A stretch of DNA of 64,000 bases, taken from positions 17,556 to 81,555 of the forward strand of contig CALKGG010000070.1 of NCBI GenBank assembly GCA_938084885.1, written 5' to 3'. Both the position numbers and the translations under genes were made by a program. Positions 10,480 to 19,558 of this stretch are shown here, piece after piece. How positions within the stretch are numbered: the first letter of the stretch is position 1; the number at the start of each line of letters is the position of its first letter. The notes under the pieces are model-generated. The model made no database searches. It was given only the letters and a program-made list of their open reading frames with translations, and was not told the origin of the DNA. This DNA comes from an uncultured Acidimicrobiales bacterium (GTDB taxonomy: Bacteria; Actinomycetota; Acidimicrobiia; Acidimicrobiales; SHLQ01).

Positions 10480-10525
10480 CCGCTACCGGCACATTTGGGG
10501 TCAGACCCCAAATGTGCCGGTAGCG
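10480..10525 (+). terminator. perfect 21-bp stem / 4-nt loop hairpin immediately after the VanW stop
   Basis: ccgctaccggcacatttgggg-tcag-ccccaaatgtgccggtagcgg begins at the last base of the TAA stop. There is no U-tract, so it is either an intrinsic-terminator-like or an RNA-stabilising element. Confidence 0.6.
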
Positions 10526-10579
10526 GCGAGATGGCTGCTGAGACCGTCGAGATGCAGTGGCGCTAGCTACCCTTAGCTC

Positions 10580-11791
10580 GTGATCACTGTTGAAACTGCG
10601 GTAGTCGGCGCAGGCCCAGCGGGCGCCGCTGCAGCCCACTCGCTCGCCGCATCTGGCCATGACGTTCTGCTCATCGACAAGGCAACGTTTCCTCGAGACA
10701 AGTTCTGCGGTGACGGCCTCACAACCCTCTGCCTGCGCCAGCTCGAAGACATGGGATTCTCCGCCGAGGCAATCCCCTCGTTCACGCCCATCCACGGTGC
10801 AAAACTTCGGGCCCCATCGGGGCGAGAACACGACATCCCCCTTCCCGACGGACCCGGCCTTTACGCAGCGGTCGCCCGGCGCAGCGAACTCGACCACGCA
10901 CTCGTCGACTTCGCCACCTCGGCTGGAGCAACACCAATGTTTGGCCACAAGATCACCGGTATCGACACAACGAACGGCGTGATGCTGACGACCGACTCGG
11001 GCGAAGTCATCCAAGCCAAACACTGCATCGCCGCCGACGGTATGTGGTCGCCACTCCGCAAACTTCTCGGTCTCCACATCGAGAACTACCGCGGCGACTG
11101 GCACGCCTTCCGCCAATACTTTGCGAACGTTGGCCCGAAAGCTGAAAGCGCACTCTGGATTTGGTTTGAACCGGACGTACTACCTGGCTATGTGTGGTCG
11201 TTTCCACTTGCCGACGGTCGAGCCAACGTCGGCTTTGGCATCCTGCGGGGAAGCGGGATCTCGACCCAGGAGATGAAACCGCTCTGGCCCGAACTGCTCA
11301 ATCGCCCCCACATCCGTGAGGTCATCGGCCCCAACGCCATCCCCGAAAGCCCGCACCGAGCATGGCCAATCCCAGCTCGTATCGACCACGCATCGCTCGT
11401 TGCCCCGAACACGCTCTTCGTCGGCGATGCTGCCATGGCGTGTGACACGCTGACCGGCGAAGGCATAGGTCAAGCGCTACTCACCGGACGAGATGCAGCC
11501 GCAGCGATCCTCGAACACCCGAATGACTTCAGCCAGATATCGCTCGCATATTCCACCGCTGTTCGCGACGAACTCGTCGCCGACCACAAAATGGCCTCGC
11601 TTCTTGGAAAGGTCCTCTCCAAGCCAAAGGCCGCAGAGGCTGCACTCGCAGCGGTCGGCACCAACGACTGGACACGTCGGAACTTTGGCCGCTGGATGTT
11701 CGAGGACTACCCAAGGGCGATCGTCGCCACACCAAAGCGCTGGAAAAGGGGCATGTTCAGCGGTCCGGGAGCAGTCGTTACTCAGCCCTAA
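10580..11791 (+). CDS. geranylgeranyl reductase family FAD-dependent oxidoreductase
   Basis: VVGAGPAGAAAAHSLAASGHDVLLIDKATFPRDKFCGDGLT, FVGDAAMACDTLTGEGIGQAL. 403 aa. Confidence 0.8.
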   Translation: MITVETAVVGAGPAGAAAAHSLAASGHDVLLIDKATFPRDKFCGDGLTTLCLRQLEDMGFSAEAIPSFTPIHGAKLRAPSGREHDIPLPDGPGLYAAVARRSELDHALVDFATSAGATPMFGHKITGIDTTNGVMLTTDSGEVIQAKHCIAADGMWSPLRKLLGLHIENYRGDWHAFRQYFANVGPKAESALWIWFEPDVLPGYVWSFPLADGRANVGFGILRGSGISTQEMKPLWPELLNRPHIREVIGPNAIPESPHRAWPIPARIDHASLVAPNTLFVGDAAMACDTLTGEGIGQALLTGRDAAAAILEHPNDFSQISLAYSTAVRDELVADHKMASLLGKVLSKPKAAEAALAAVGTNDWTRRNFGRWMFEDYPRAIVATPKRWKRGMFSGPGAVVTQP

Positions 11792-11893
11792 CAGGCTTCC
11801 GAAACTCGAGCTTCTCGCCTGAGGGTTCGAAACATCGCTCGGTGACCCAGGACCGCGGCAACGTAACGCCGGAGTCCTTGCCGCAGCGGTCAG

Positions 11894-13789
11894 CTATGCG
11901 TCAGCGGCTTCTCGAGCGTTCTTCATCCGCTTGATTTCGCGAGCACGCGTTGTCGAATCCAGATTGACTTTGCGCAGCCGGACATTCTCTGGCGTGACCT
12001 CGACACATTCGTCGTCGGCGATCGTCTCGAGCGCTCCCTCGAGCGACAGCACCTTTGGCGGCGTAATTCGGATCGTGTCGTCCGATGACTGGGTGCGAAT
12101 GTTGTCGAGCTTCTTCTCTTTGCAGATATTGACGTCCATGTCCTCATTGCGAGGGTTCTCTCCAATGATCATGCCCTCGTAGACATCGACACTTGGCGGA
12201 ATGTAGAACAGGCAACGTTCCTGCAGATTCTGGATTGCGTTCGTCGTGCTGGTGCCGGTGCGGTCGGCCACGATCGAGCCCTTGTTGCGCATGCGGATCT
12301 CGCCCTGCCACGGAATCCAGCCTTCGAACACGTGGTTCGCTAGGCCGGTGCCGCGGGTTTCGGTGAGAAAGCCGGTCCGGAAGCCAATGAGCGCTCGGGC
12401 CGGGACGATGTACTCGAGACGGACCCAACCATCGCCGTGGTTGGCCATGTTCTCCATCTTGGCTTTGCGCTCGCCCAAGAGTTGGGTGATGCCACCGACA
12501 TGCTCTTCGGGAATGTCGATCGTAAGACGCTCGGTCGGTTCGTGGAGCGTGCCGTCGATCTCTTTCGTGAGAACAGCAGGCTTACCAACAGTGAGCTCGA
12601 AGCCTTCGCGCCGCATTGTCTCGACGAGCACAGCGAGTTGGAGCTCACCACGACCTTGGACTTCGAAGTTGTCCGGACGGTCCGTTGGCAAGACGCGAAT
12701 CGACACGTTGCCGACGAGCTCTTTGTCGAGCCGGTCTTTGATTTGGCGGGCGGTCAATTTGTCGCCGTCCTTGCCAGCGAGCGGCGACGTGTTCGTGCCG
12801 ATGGTCATCGACAGAGTGGGCTCGTCGACGGTGATGGTCGGAAGGGCGATTGGGTTAGCCGGATCGGCGAGGGTGTCGCCGATCATGACGCTTTCCATAC
12901 CCGAGATCTGCACCAGCTCGCCCGGGCCAGCGTCATCGATGTCGACGTTATCGATACCTTCGGTCGCGGTGAGGGTGACGACCTTTTGGTTCGTGACGGT
13001 GCCATCTTCCTGCATCCAGGCCACTTGTTGACCCTTCTTGATCGTCCCCTGCATCACCCGGCAGATCGCGAGGCGACCAACATATGGGGATGCGTCGAGG
13101 TTCGTGACCCACACCTGGGTCGCCGCGTCCTCTTCGTACTCGTAGGGAGGAATCGTGTCGATCAGGGTTTCAAACAGTGGCGACATGTCGGTGCCTTGTT
13201 CGCCGTCGGCGTCCATCTGGGCGTAGCCGTCGCGGGCACAGGTGTAGACGATTGGGAAGTTGATCTGGTCATCGTCGGCGCCGATGTCCATGAAGAGTTC
13301 GTAGACCTCGTCGACGACCTCATCGACGCGTGCATCGGGGCGGTCGATCTTGTTGATCACAAGGACGACGGGAAGGCCACGTGCCATGGCCTTGCCGAGT
13401 ACGAATCGTGTTTGCGGAAGTGGGCCTTCGCTCGAGTCGACGAGGAGGATCACGCCGTCGATCATGGTGAGCGCTCGCTCGACCTCACCACCGAAGTCGG
13501 CGTGGCCAGGCGTGTCGACGATGTTGATCTTGGTGTCGGTACCATCTGCGGCCTTCCAATGCATTGCCGCATTGTTTGCGAGGATGGTGATGCCCTTTTC
13601 TTTTTCGAGGTCGGTGTTGTCCATGACCCGCTCGACGGCTTCGCCGTGGTCACTAAACACTCCGCCCTGACGCAGCATGGCGTCCACGAGGGTGGTTTTG
13701 CCGTGATCGACGTGGGCGATCATGGCGATGTTGCGGAGGTCGGTTCGCTTTTGCACTCCTCGACGGTAACTGCCCAGCATCGCGCCCAT
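11894..13789 (-). CDS. typA: translational GTPase TypA/BipA
   Basis: [39 protein letters not shown] and EF-G-like domains. The ORF track start is 13828. The ATG at 13789 (or 13780) gives the usual short N-terminus. Confidence 0.9.
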   Translation of the reverse strand: MGAMLGSYRRGVQKRTDLRNIAMIAHVDHGKTTLVDAMLRQGGVFSDHGEAVERVMDNTDLEKEKGITILANNAAMHWKAADGTDTKINIVDTPGHADFGGEVERALTMIDGVILLVDSSEGPLPQTRFVLGKAMARGLPVVLVINKIDRPDARVDEVVDEVYELFMDIGADDDQINFPIVYTCARDGYAQMDADGEQGTDMSPLFETLIDTIPPYEYEEDAATQVWVTNLDASPYVGRLAICRVMQGTIKKGQQVAWMQEDGTVTNQKVVTLTATEGIDNVDIDDAGPGELVQISGMESVMIGDTLADPANPIALPTITVDEPTLSMTIGTNTSPLAGKDGDKLTARQIKDRLDKELVGNVSIRVLPTDRPDNFEVQGRGELQLAVLVETMRREGFELTVGKPAVLTKEIDGTLHEPTERLTIDIPEEHVGGITQLLGERKAKMENMANHGDGWVRLEYIVPARALIGFRTGFLTETRGTGLANHVFEGWIPWQGEIRMRNKGSIVADRTGTSTTNAIQNLQERCLFYIPPSVDVYEGMIIGENPRNEDMDVNICKEKKLDNIRTQSSDDTIRITPPKVLSLEGALETIADDECVEVTPENVRLRKVNLDSTTRAREIKRMKNAREAADA

Positions 13790-13898
13790 GCGCACCCCGC
13801 CACAGTTCACACCAACGAGTATTCGCAAATTTTCGGGAACCAGCGCCGCGGTGGGGTCGTATCAGGACATGAGAACCCCGAAAGAACCAGGAAACCTC

Positions 13899-15350
13899 AT
13901 GGCTACACACACGCGAATTCACCATATTCAGCCGAAGCAACGTCACGGCGTTTTGCGGCTTTGGCTGCTCCTTGCCATCGTGGCGCTACTCGCCGCGGCC
14001 TGCAGCGGTGAGACGTTCGACAGCGTGACCGACGCAGCCGAGACATCGGCCGACGCGATCGATACCCGACTCGTTTCAGCCAACGAAGAAGCCATGGAAG
14101 ACGAAGAAGCCATGGAAGATGAAGTAGAAGCCATGGAAGACAACGAAGAAGCCATGGAGGACGCTCCGTCGCCAGCGAGCGCCGATGCTCAACAGCTCGC
14201 CGCATCCGCCAGCAGTACCCCTGCCCAAACTCCCAACGATCTCGGACGTGACATCATCTTTACCGCCGTGCTCACCATCGAGGTCGACGATGTTGCCACG
14301 TCAGGTCGACAAGCCACCGAAGCCATTAGCGAGCTCGGTGGCTTTGTGTTCGGCGAAGAGTCGACCGGCGGCAACCGACCCGAAACGACCCTCACGTTTA
14401 AGGTTCGCCCTGACGACTTCTCCGCTGCCCTCGAGGCCCTCGGAGGATTTGGCGAGCTGCGCAGCCAGCGCATCACAACCGACGACGTAACCGAACGTGT
14501 CGTCGATCTTCAGGGCCGCATCACCACGACCGAGCTCGGGGTCGAACGCCTGCGCACCGCCATGGAGAACGCAGCAAACGTCGAGAACTTCGCTCGCCTC
14601 GAACAACAGCTACTCAACCGTGAGAGCGACCTCGAACTCCTTCGTGGGAGCCTGCGAACAATCCGCGACCAGATCGATCTCGCAACCATCACGCTGACGA
14701 TTGTTCAGGACGAAGTTCGCAACGGCATTGAGGTATCGACGTCACGCTATGAAGGACACGATGCTGGTGTTGGGTGCCCGGGTACCGGTGGAGGTTCGAC
14801 CGAACCTGGCGACGACATCACCGTGTGCTTCGAGATCATCAATGTTGGTGACCAAGCGCTGACCAACGTGCTCTTCACCGACAGCGTGCTGGACCTCGAT
14901 GACGAAGATCTCACCGTCGTCTTTGGCGACGCCGACGACCTCCAGCCGGGCCAAGCGCTCATGTTGGCCTATGACCTCACCGCCGAGCGCAGCCTCAACA
15001 TGCGGGTCACGATTACCGCAACGCCTACCAACGGCACGTCCACAGAGGCTGCTGGCGACGTTGTTCGTACAACGTTGACCCCACACATCTCGGTCGACCA
15101 AGGTGCCCGGACCGCAGGCTTCGGCGATGGCTTCGATGCAGCGACGTCGCTGCTCTCCAGCCTCTGGGCCTTTGCCCAGGTGCTCGTGGGCTTCATCATT
15201 CCGCTGCTCGTATTGGCCCCGTTTGCCTGGCTTGCCCTCCTTGGGATGCGCCGCCTGCGCCGCTCCCGCACCGAGGTCGAGACCACCGAGACCACCGAGT
15301 CCACCGAGATGCCGCCACCTCCCGCTGCGCCGGTAGCCGCTGAGGCCTAA
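13899..15350 (+). CDS. DUF4349-like lipoprotein with an acidic EAMED repeat, a coiled coil, an inserted beta-sandwich-like segment and a C-terminal TM region
   Basis: The ATG at 13899 gives MATHTRIHHIQPKQRHGVLRLWLLLAIVALLAAAC (lipobox). The core DIIFTAVLTIEVDDV...LTFKVRPDDFSAALEALGGFGELRSQRITTDDVTERVVDLQGRI...IDLATITLTI is as I recall DUF4349. The tracked start 13788 would overlap typA. Confidence 0.65.
   Translation: MATHTRIHHIQPKQRHGVLRLWLLLAIVALLAAACSGETFDSVTDAAETSADAIDTRLVSANEEAMEDEEAMEDEVEAMEDNEEAMEDAPSPASADAQQLAASASSTPAQTPNDLGRDIIFTAVLTIEVDDVATSGRQATEAISELGGFVFGEESTGGNRPETTLTFKVRPDDFSAALEALGGFGELRSQRITTDDVTERVVDLQGRITTTELGVERLRTAMENAANVENFARLEQQLLNRESDLELLRGSLRTIRDQIDLATITLTIVQDEVRNGIEVSTSRYEGHDAGVGCPGTGGGSTEPGDDITVCFEIINVGDQALTNVLFTDSVLDLDDEDLTVVFGDADDLQPGQALMLAYDLTAERSLNMRVTITATPTNGTSTEAAGDVVRTTLTPHISVDQGARTAGFGDGFDAATSLLSSLWAFAQVLVGFIIPLLVLAPFAWLALLGMRRLRRSRTEVETTETTESTEMPPPPAAPVAAEA
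14085..14162 (+). repeat. 4 imperfect tandem copies (18-21 nt) encoding (E)EAMED
   Basis: gaagaagccatggaagac / gaagaagccatggaagat / gaagtagaagccatggaagac / aacgaagaagccatggaggac. Confidence 0.75.
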
Positions 15351-15371
15351 ACCGTCTAGCGTTGCAAAGGC

Positions 15372-15923
15372 GTGAGCAAGCGGATCAAAGTACCCAACAC
15401 CTTCCAGCCCATCGACGACGCCGTCGATTCGGCGTGGGACACCATTCGGGCAATTCCTGGCGCCGACAAGGTCTTCTACGGTGCGTCAGAAGCAGCCAAC
15501 TTCTCCAAGATCTGGCACGGACTGTCTCTTGCTCAGGCCGTTGTGCTTCGAGACCCGAAGCGGGCCATCGCCACAAGTGCAGCACTAGGTATCGAAGCGG
15601 CCCTCGTGAACGGCCCAATCAAGTCGTTGTTCGAACGCGAGCGACCACAGGTCGACGATCGCCCCATGAAACTACGCAAACCAAAGACATCGAGCTTTCC
15701 ATCGGGTCACGCCAGTGCAGCCGTCGTCGCAGCGTCGTTCATTACCCCAGGCATGGGACGTTTCGCCACATTCGGCGTTCGAGCGATCGCCGCTGTGGTG
15801 TCGACGAGCCGAATCCACGTGCGCATTCATCATGCAACCGATGTGGCTGCGGGCGCGGCGACCGGTTGGGTGCTCGCCCGAGCGCTCAAACCTGCACTCG
15901 TTCGAGTTCTCCGTCGCGTCTAG
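15372..15923 (+). CDS. PAP2-superfamily phosphatase
   Basis: The three PAP2 motifs: KSLFERERP, SFPSGHAS, SRIHVRIHHATDV. GTG start. Confidence 0.8.
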   Translation: MSKRIKVPNTFQPIDDAVDSAWDTIRAIPGADKVFYGASEAANFSKIWHGLSLAQAVVLRDPKRAIATSAALGIEAALVNGPIKSLFERERPQVDDRPMKLRKPKTSSFPSGHASAAVVAASFITPGMGRFATFGVRAIAAVVSTSRIHVRIHHATDVAAGAATGWVLARALKPALVRVLRRV

Positions 15924-15956
15924 CACAGCGGCCAACTGCTCTGACACACTGAGGCC

Positions 15957-16685
15957 ATGTCCAGCGAAATCGAACGGGAACGTCAGAAACGCAAACGCGA
16001 GATTGCCCTCGGCTATCGAATCTTCGCGAGCCTGCGCTGGGGCGATTTGGGTGACGGACATATCACGGCGAGCGACCCTGAACTCACCGATCACATCTGG
16101 TTACTGCGGTACCCGTACGGCTTCGAGAAGGCAACGATGCGCGATCTCGTCCTTGTTGGACCCGACGGAACCGTGGTCGAAGGTGGTGCTCCAGACGTCG
16201 AAATCAACACGACGGCGTACTACATCCACCACCCCATACACGAGGCCCGACATGACGTGGTTGGCGTTGCGCACACCCACACGCCGTGGGGGACGCCCTT
16301 TGCAGCAACACGAAGGCCGATCGAACCCATCACCCAGGAAGCGTGTTCTTTCCATGACCGGTGGTCGCTATTTGACGAGGAAGAAGTGCAGATTCTCGGG
16401 CGCGACAGTGGCGTCAGGATTGCCGCATCATTGGGAGACAACACCGTCAGCATCCTCGCAAACCATGGGCTGCTCAGCACAGGCCCGAGCGTGGGAGAGG
16501 CAATCAGCGCGTTCGTCACGCTCGAGCGAGTGTGCGAAGCGTTGATGAAGGCACCCAATGGTTCGTCAATCTCAGACGAAGCCGCAATTATCGCGCGAGA
16601 TGACCTCGCCGAAATGCGAGCATTTCAGGTGTCGTTCGAGTTTCTCGTGTCTCGTCACGTTCCTGACCCGTCGGTGGTCGAGTAG
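15957..16685 (+). CDS. class II aldolase/adducin-domain protein
   Basis: GDGHITASDP, IHHPIHEARHDVVGVAHTHTPWG, ILANHGLLSTGPSVGEA. Confidence 0.75.
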   Translation: MSSEIERERQKRKREIALGYRIFASLRWGDLGDGHITASDPELTDHIWLLRYPYGFEKATMRDLVLVGPDGTVVEGGAPDVEINTTAYYIHHPIHEARHDVVGVAHTHTPWGTPFAATRRPIEPITQEACSFHDRWSLFDEEEVQILGRDSGVRIAASLGDNTVSILANHGLLSTGPSVGEAISAFVTLERVCEALMKAPNGSSISDEAAIIARDDLAEMRAFQVSFEFLVSRHVPDPSVVE

Positions 16686-16690
16686 GACGC

Positions 16691-16879
16691 TCAGGTCACT
16701 GCTGGAACTGGCTCAGGTATCGCTGTTGGCGTTGGTGCAGCAGCGAGGATGGAGCGTACGTCGAGAAGCAGGTCGGCAACTTCGGTCGTGCTCATCAGCT
16801 CGCGCGACATTGTGAGCCCAAGGCACTCGTCGATCAGAGCGAGGGCTTCGTTGATGTTGACTTCTACGGTGTCGGTCAT
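16691..16879 (-). CDS. hypothetical small protein (62 aa)
   Basis: ORF only. The helical N-terminal two-thirds is followed by a Pro/Ala/Thr tail. It is preceded by a lower-GC spacer containing a palindrome. No family recognised. Confidence 0.35.
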   Translation of the reverse strand: MTDTVEVNINEALALIDECLGLTMSRELMSTTEVADLLLDVRSILAAAPTPTAIPEPVPAVT

Positions 16880-16899
16880 GACATGCCCTTCGATCGTGT

Positions 16900-16920
16900 G
16901 GAATCAGATTTTCTGATTCC
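16900..16920. promoter_or_regulatory. perfect inverted repeat GGAATCAGA-TTT-TCTGATTCC
   Basis: Read directly. It lies 21 nt upstream of the 62-aa ORF start, within the divergent spacer to the SDR at 17079. Confidence 0.4.
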
Positions 16921-17078
16921 GAATATAGAAAGCAACCTACAGATGGAGGCTGACATTCCGTTCTTGCCGTACTCTCACGGTAGCCGCGCTCGGCCGCTCG
17001 CAAACAGCACGAATGGCTTAATTTCATAGAAGCGGGCGACACGTGCAGCAGAGGCGGGCGACCCAGAGGAGATCTCGC

Positions 17079-17855
17079 ATGGACATTCAAGACAAAGTTG
17101 TTGTCGTCACCGGAGCCGGAGCCGGAATTGGACATGCCCTAGCCGCCCGATTCGTCGCTGTTGGGGCCAAGGCGGTCGTTGCTTCCGATATCACCACAGA
17201 CCTCGATGCCACATCCCACGAGATCGGTGCACACCCGATTCACGCCGATGTATCAAACGAATCCAGCATCCTCTCGCTCATCGAGGAGACCGAAGCCCAA
17301 TTCGGGCCCATCGACCTCTTTGTTGCAAACGCCGGCATTGGCGGGCAACCGGGTGGAGCCGAGGTGCCCGACGACGAGTGGCAAAACATTTGGGAGATCA
17401 ACGTTATGCACCACGTGTGGGCAGCTCGACACATGATCCCCCGCTGGCAAGAACGAGGCGGCGGCTACCTACTCACCACGGCGTCGGCTGCGGGCCTGCT
17501 GTCGAATCTCGGCACCGCCCCCTACACCGTCACCAAACACGCTGCGGTCGCGTTTGGAGAATGGCTCGCCATCACCCACGCCGATGAGAATATTTCAGTG
17601 TCGGTACTGTGCCCGCAGGGTGTTCGTACAGCAATGACGAACAGCGACGACCCCGCAGTTGCAAACGTCGTTGCGCAGGGCCTCATCGAGCCGAGCGATG
17701 TTGCCGACGCCGTTATTGCTGGTCTCAACGCAGAGTCCTTTCACATCCTCCCCCACCCACAGGTAGCCGAATACGTTCGACACAAGGGTGCCGACATCGA
17801 GAGTTGGCTGGGGGCAATGCAACGGCTCCAGCGCAGGTTCTTCCCCGCTGACTGA
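17079..17855 (+). CDS. short-chain dehydrogenase/reductase
   Basis: The ATG at 17079 has GAGGA 9 nt upstream. MDIQDKVVVVTGAGAGIGHALA, NAGI, and APYTVTKHAAVAF (YxxxK). Confidence 0.8.
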   Translation: MDIQDKVVVVTGAGAGIGHALAARFVAVGAKAVVASDITTDLDATSHEIGAHPIHADVSNESSILSLIEETEAQFGPIDLFVANAGIGGQPGGAEVPDDEWQNIWEINVMHHVWAARHMIPRWQERGGGYLLTTASAAGLLSNLGTAPYTVTKHAAVAFGEWLAITHADENISVSVLCPQGVRTAMTNSDDPAVANVVAQGLIEPSDVADAVIAGLNAESFHILPHPQVAEYVRHKGADIESWLGAMQRLQRRFFPAD

Positions 17856-17872
17856 CCACAGACACACACGAC

Positions 17873-17904
17873 CAGCTTCGCTGTAACCGCAGCTTCGCTG
17901 TAAC
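17873..17904. repeat. 15-nt direct repeat cagcttcgctgtaac x2 (17-nt period) in a convergent intergenic spacer
   Basis: Read directly. The second copy abuts the stop codon of the glycosyltransferase. Confidence 0.6.
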
Positions 17905-19005
17905 TCAGCTGGCGAGGAGGATCCGAGCGTGCGCGTTCCACGACAACGTGCTCCGGGCTGCGACCAGCAAATCGTCCCAGTGCTGGCGCTGCTGCGGGGA
18001 CGCATCGAGCATTGCGATGGTCTGGTCATACAGCGAACCCTCCGGCGCTGGCCCAATGCCAAGCTCACGGACCCGCCCAACAACCGAGCCCGCACCCGCA
18101 GTCACGACCGGCATCTTCGCACCAACCGCTTCGATCAGCACGCCGCTCTCGGACGTGTAGTTCGTATACGGCAGAACCAGTGCATCGTGGCTGTCGAACA
18201 CATTGCGGACTTCGCTGTTCGCAACGAACCGTTGCTGCACTTCAACCGTTGGTATCGCAGCGAGCCGATCAAGTTGGGCCGAAACGTCGCTCGACGACGG
18301 CCGGCCAATCACCGAAATGGAAACCTCCGGGCGCTCGAAACTGAGCCGTCGAGCCAGCTCCTCGAGATTCCGCAGTCCGGAATTTGCTCGCATCACACCA
18401 AACATCAGCAGTTTGGTAACCGGCGCATCAAACGAACGCTCCGGGCTGGCAGTGGCACGCCACTCGGTCCAGACTCCATGAGGCACAACGTCGATCGAGG
18501 ACGCTCGAACCATTGGAAATGCCATCAGCTCGTCACGCTGAAGTTCGTTGTGCACAAGGACTCGGTGCGGCACCGAAAGCGCGGCGAGACCAAGCACATG
18601 ACGCAGCCGATCTACCCGACCCGCACCGTGGGGACGAGTGTTGTGAACCATCGTTGCGAGTCGCCACGACGTTCGTGCATTGAGCAGCAACAGCGAGGCG
18701 GCACGAAGGGGCGACGACTCCTCGAACACAACGATTCCTGGGCCGCCACGGCGATGCAGAAAGGAGACAATCGCTGCTTCCTGACGATGCCACCCAGCCG
18801 ACACATCGGGGATCCTGACCCGCTCGATCGGCACTCCTTCAAAAAGATCAGCCGAATCAGCAAAGGCGCTCGCCGGTTGCGCAATAGCGACCGCGGCCCC
18901 CTCGTCGTGAAGGGCGCGAGCCAACTCCGCGCAATACCGCGGGTGGCCTCCGTGCGGCGCACGGCTCACGATAACGACACGCACCGGGGCATCCATCCCC
19001 GTCAT
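17905..19005 (-). CDS. glycosyltransferase (GT-B fold, GT4-like)
   Basis: 366 aa. N-terminus VVIVSRAPHGGHPRY. The C-terminal half has LVLPYTNYTSESGVLIEAVGAKMPVVT (EX7E-like region). Confidence 0.65.
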   Translation of the reverse strand: MTGMDAPVRVVIVSRAPHGGHPRYCAELARALHDEGAAVAIAQPASAFADSADLFEGVPIERVRIPDVSAGWHRQEAAIVSFLHRRGGPGIVVFEESSPLRAASLLLLNARTSWRLATMVHNTRPHGAGRVDRLRHVLGLAALSVPHRVLVHNELQRDELMAFPMVRASSIDVVPHGVWTEWRATASPERSFDAPVTKLLMFGVMRANSGLRNLEELARRLSFERPEVSISVIGRPSSSDVSAQLDRLAAIPTVEVQQRFVANSEVRNVFDSHDALVLPYTNYTSESGVLIEAVGAKMPVVTAGAGSVVGRVRELGIGPAPEGSLYDQTIAMLDASPQQRQHWDDLLVAARSTLSWNAHARILLAS

Positions 19006-19203
19006 ACTCGCACGGTTTCTACGCCCGGTTCGACACCATTGTTGCCGACCACGCTCCTAGCCGCTGTCCCGTTCGGACCGTGTGGCGCGGGCCATTGCTC
19101 GACGTTGGCGTGGATTAGAGCGACCGTGTCCTCACCCACGGCCTGTCGCAGCTTGCTAACGTCGGAGGCGGCGAGCAACGCCGAGACCCAAAGGGGAAAC
19201 CAC

Positions 19204-19542
19204 ATGAGCAAATTCGACGACGTTATGGATGGCTGCGTCAAGCAGATGAAAGAGCAGAAGATCCCGGTGAACCGGGAGCTACTCGAGGCAATCGGCAAGT
19301 CCCTCGGTCCGTCGCTGTACAAGCGCGACGCTGCGCTCGTCGCCGCCGGACAAAAGTCCGAGCTCGAAACCATCAAGAAAAATTTCCTCATCAAGAAGCT
19401 CGGGTGCCCCGACGACGCAAAGCTCGACAAGGCGCTCGACAAGGCCGTAACCAAGATCGGCAAGAGCCGTCGCAACAAGATGCGCCCGGTCTTCTACTAC
19501 CTCCTCGTGCGAGACCTAAAGAAAGAAGACGTCTACATCTAG
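19204..19542 (+). CDS. DUF2853-family small protein
   Basis: The ATG at 19204 has AAGGGGA upstream. MSKFDDVMDGCVKQMKEQKIP...RNKMRPVFYYLLVRDLKKEDVYI. The tracked ORF 17929..19542 is an antisense fusion. Confidence 0.6.
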   Translation: MSKFDDVMDGCVKQMKEQKIPVNRELLEAIGKSLGPSLYKRDAALVAAGQKSELETIKKNFLIKKLGCPDDAKLDKALDKAVTKIGKSRRNKMRPVFYYLLVRDLKKEDVYI

Positions 19543-19558
19543 GGTCGGCCCGGTCGGT

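Noticed and set aside
9121-11116. Minus-strand ORFs of 403 and 339 aa across the VanW and geranylgeranyl-reductase genes
   Set aside because: They are antisense shadows. The + strand products carry clear VanW and FAD-binding motifs, and the minus translations are Arg/Gly-rich nonsense.
11823-11833. gggttcgaaac, superficially like a tRNA T-arm (GGTTCGAATCC)
   Set aside because: No matching acceptor, D or anticodon arms can be drawn around it. It lies in the 100-nt convergent spacer after the reductase gene. I found no tRNA elsewhere in the window.
12437-14011. 524-aa + strand ORF overlapping typA
   Set aside because: It is antisense to an unmistakable TypA/BipA GTPase and has no recognisable motifs.
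17929-19542. 537-aa + strand ORF
   Set aside because: It is the antisense of the glycosyltransferase, fused in frame to the genuine 112-aa DUF2853 gene that starts at 19204.
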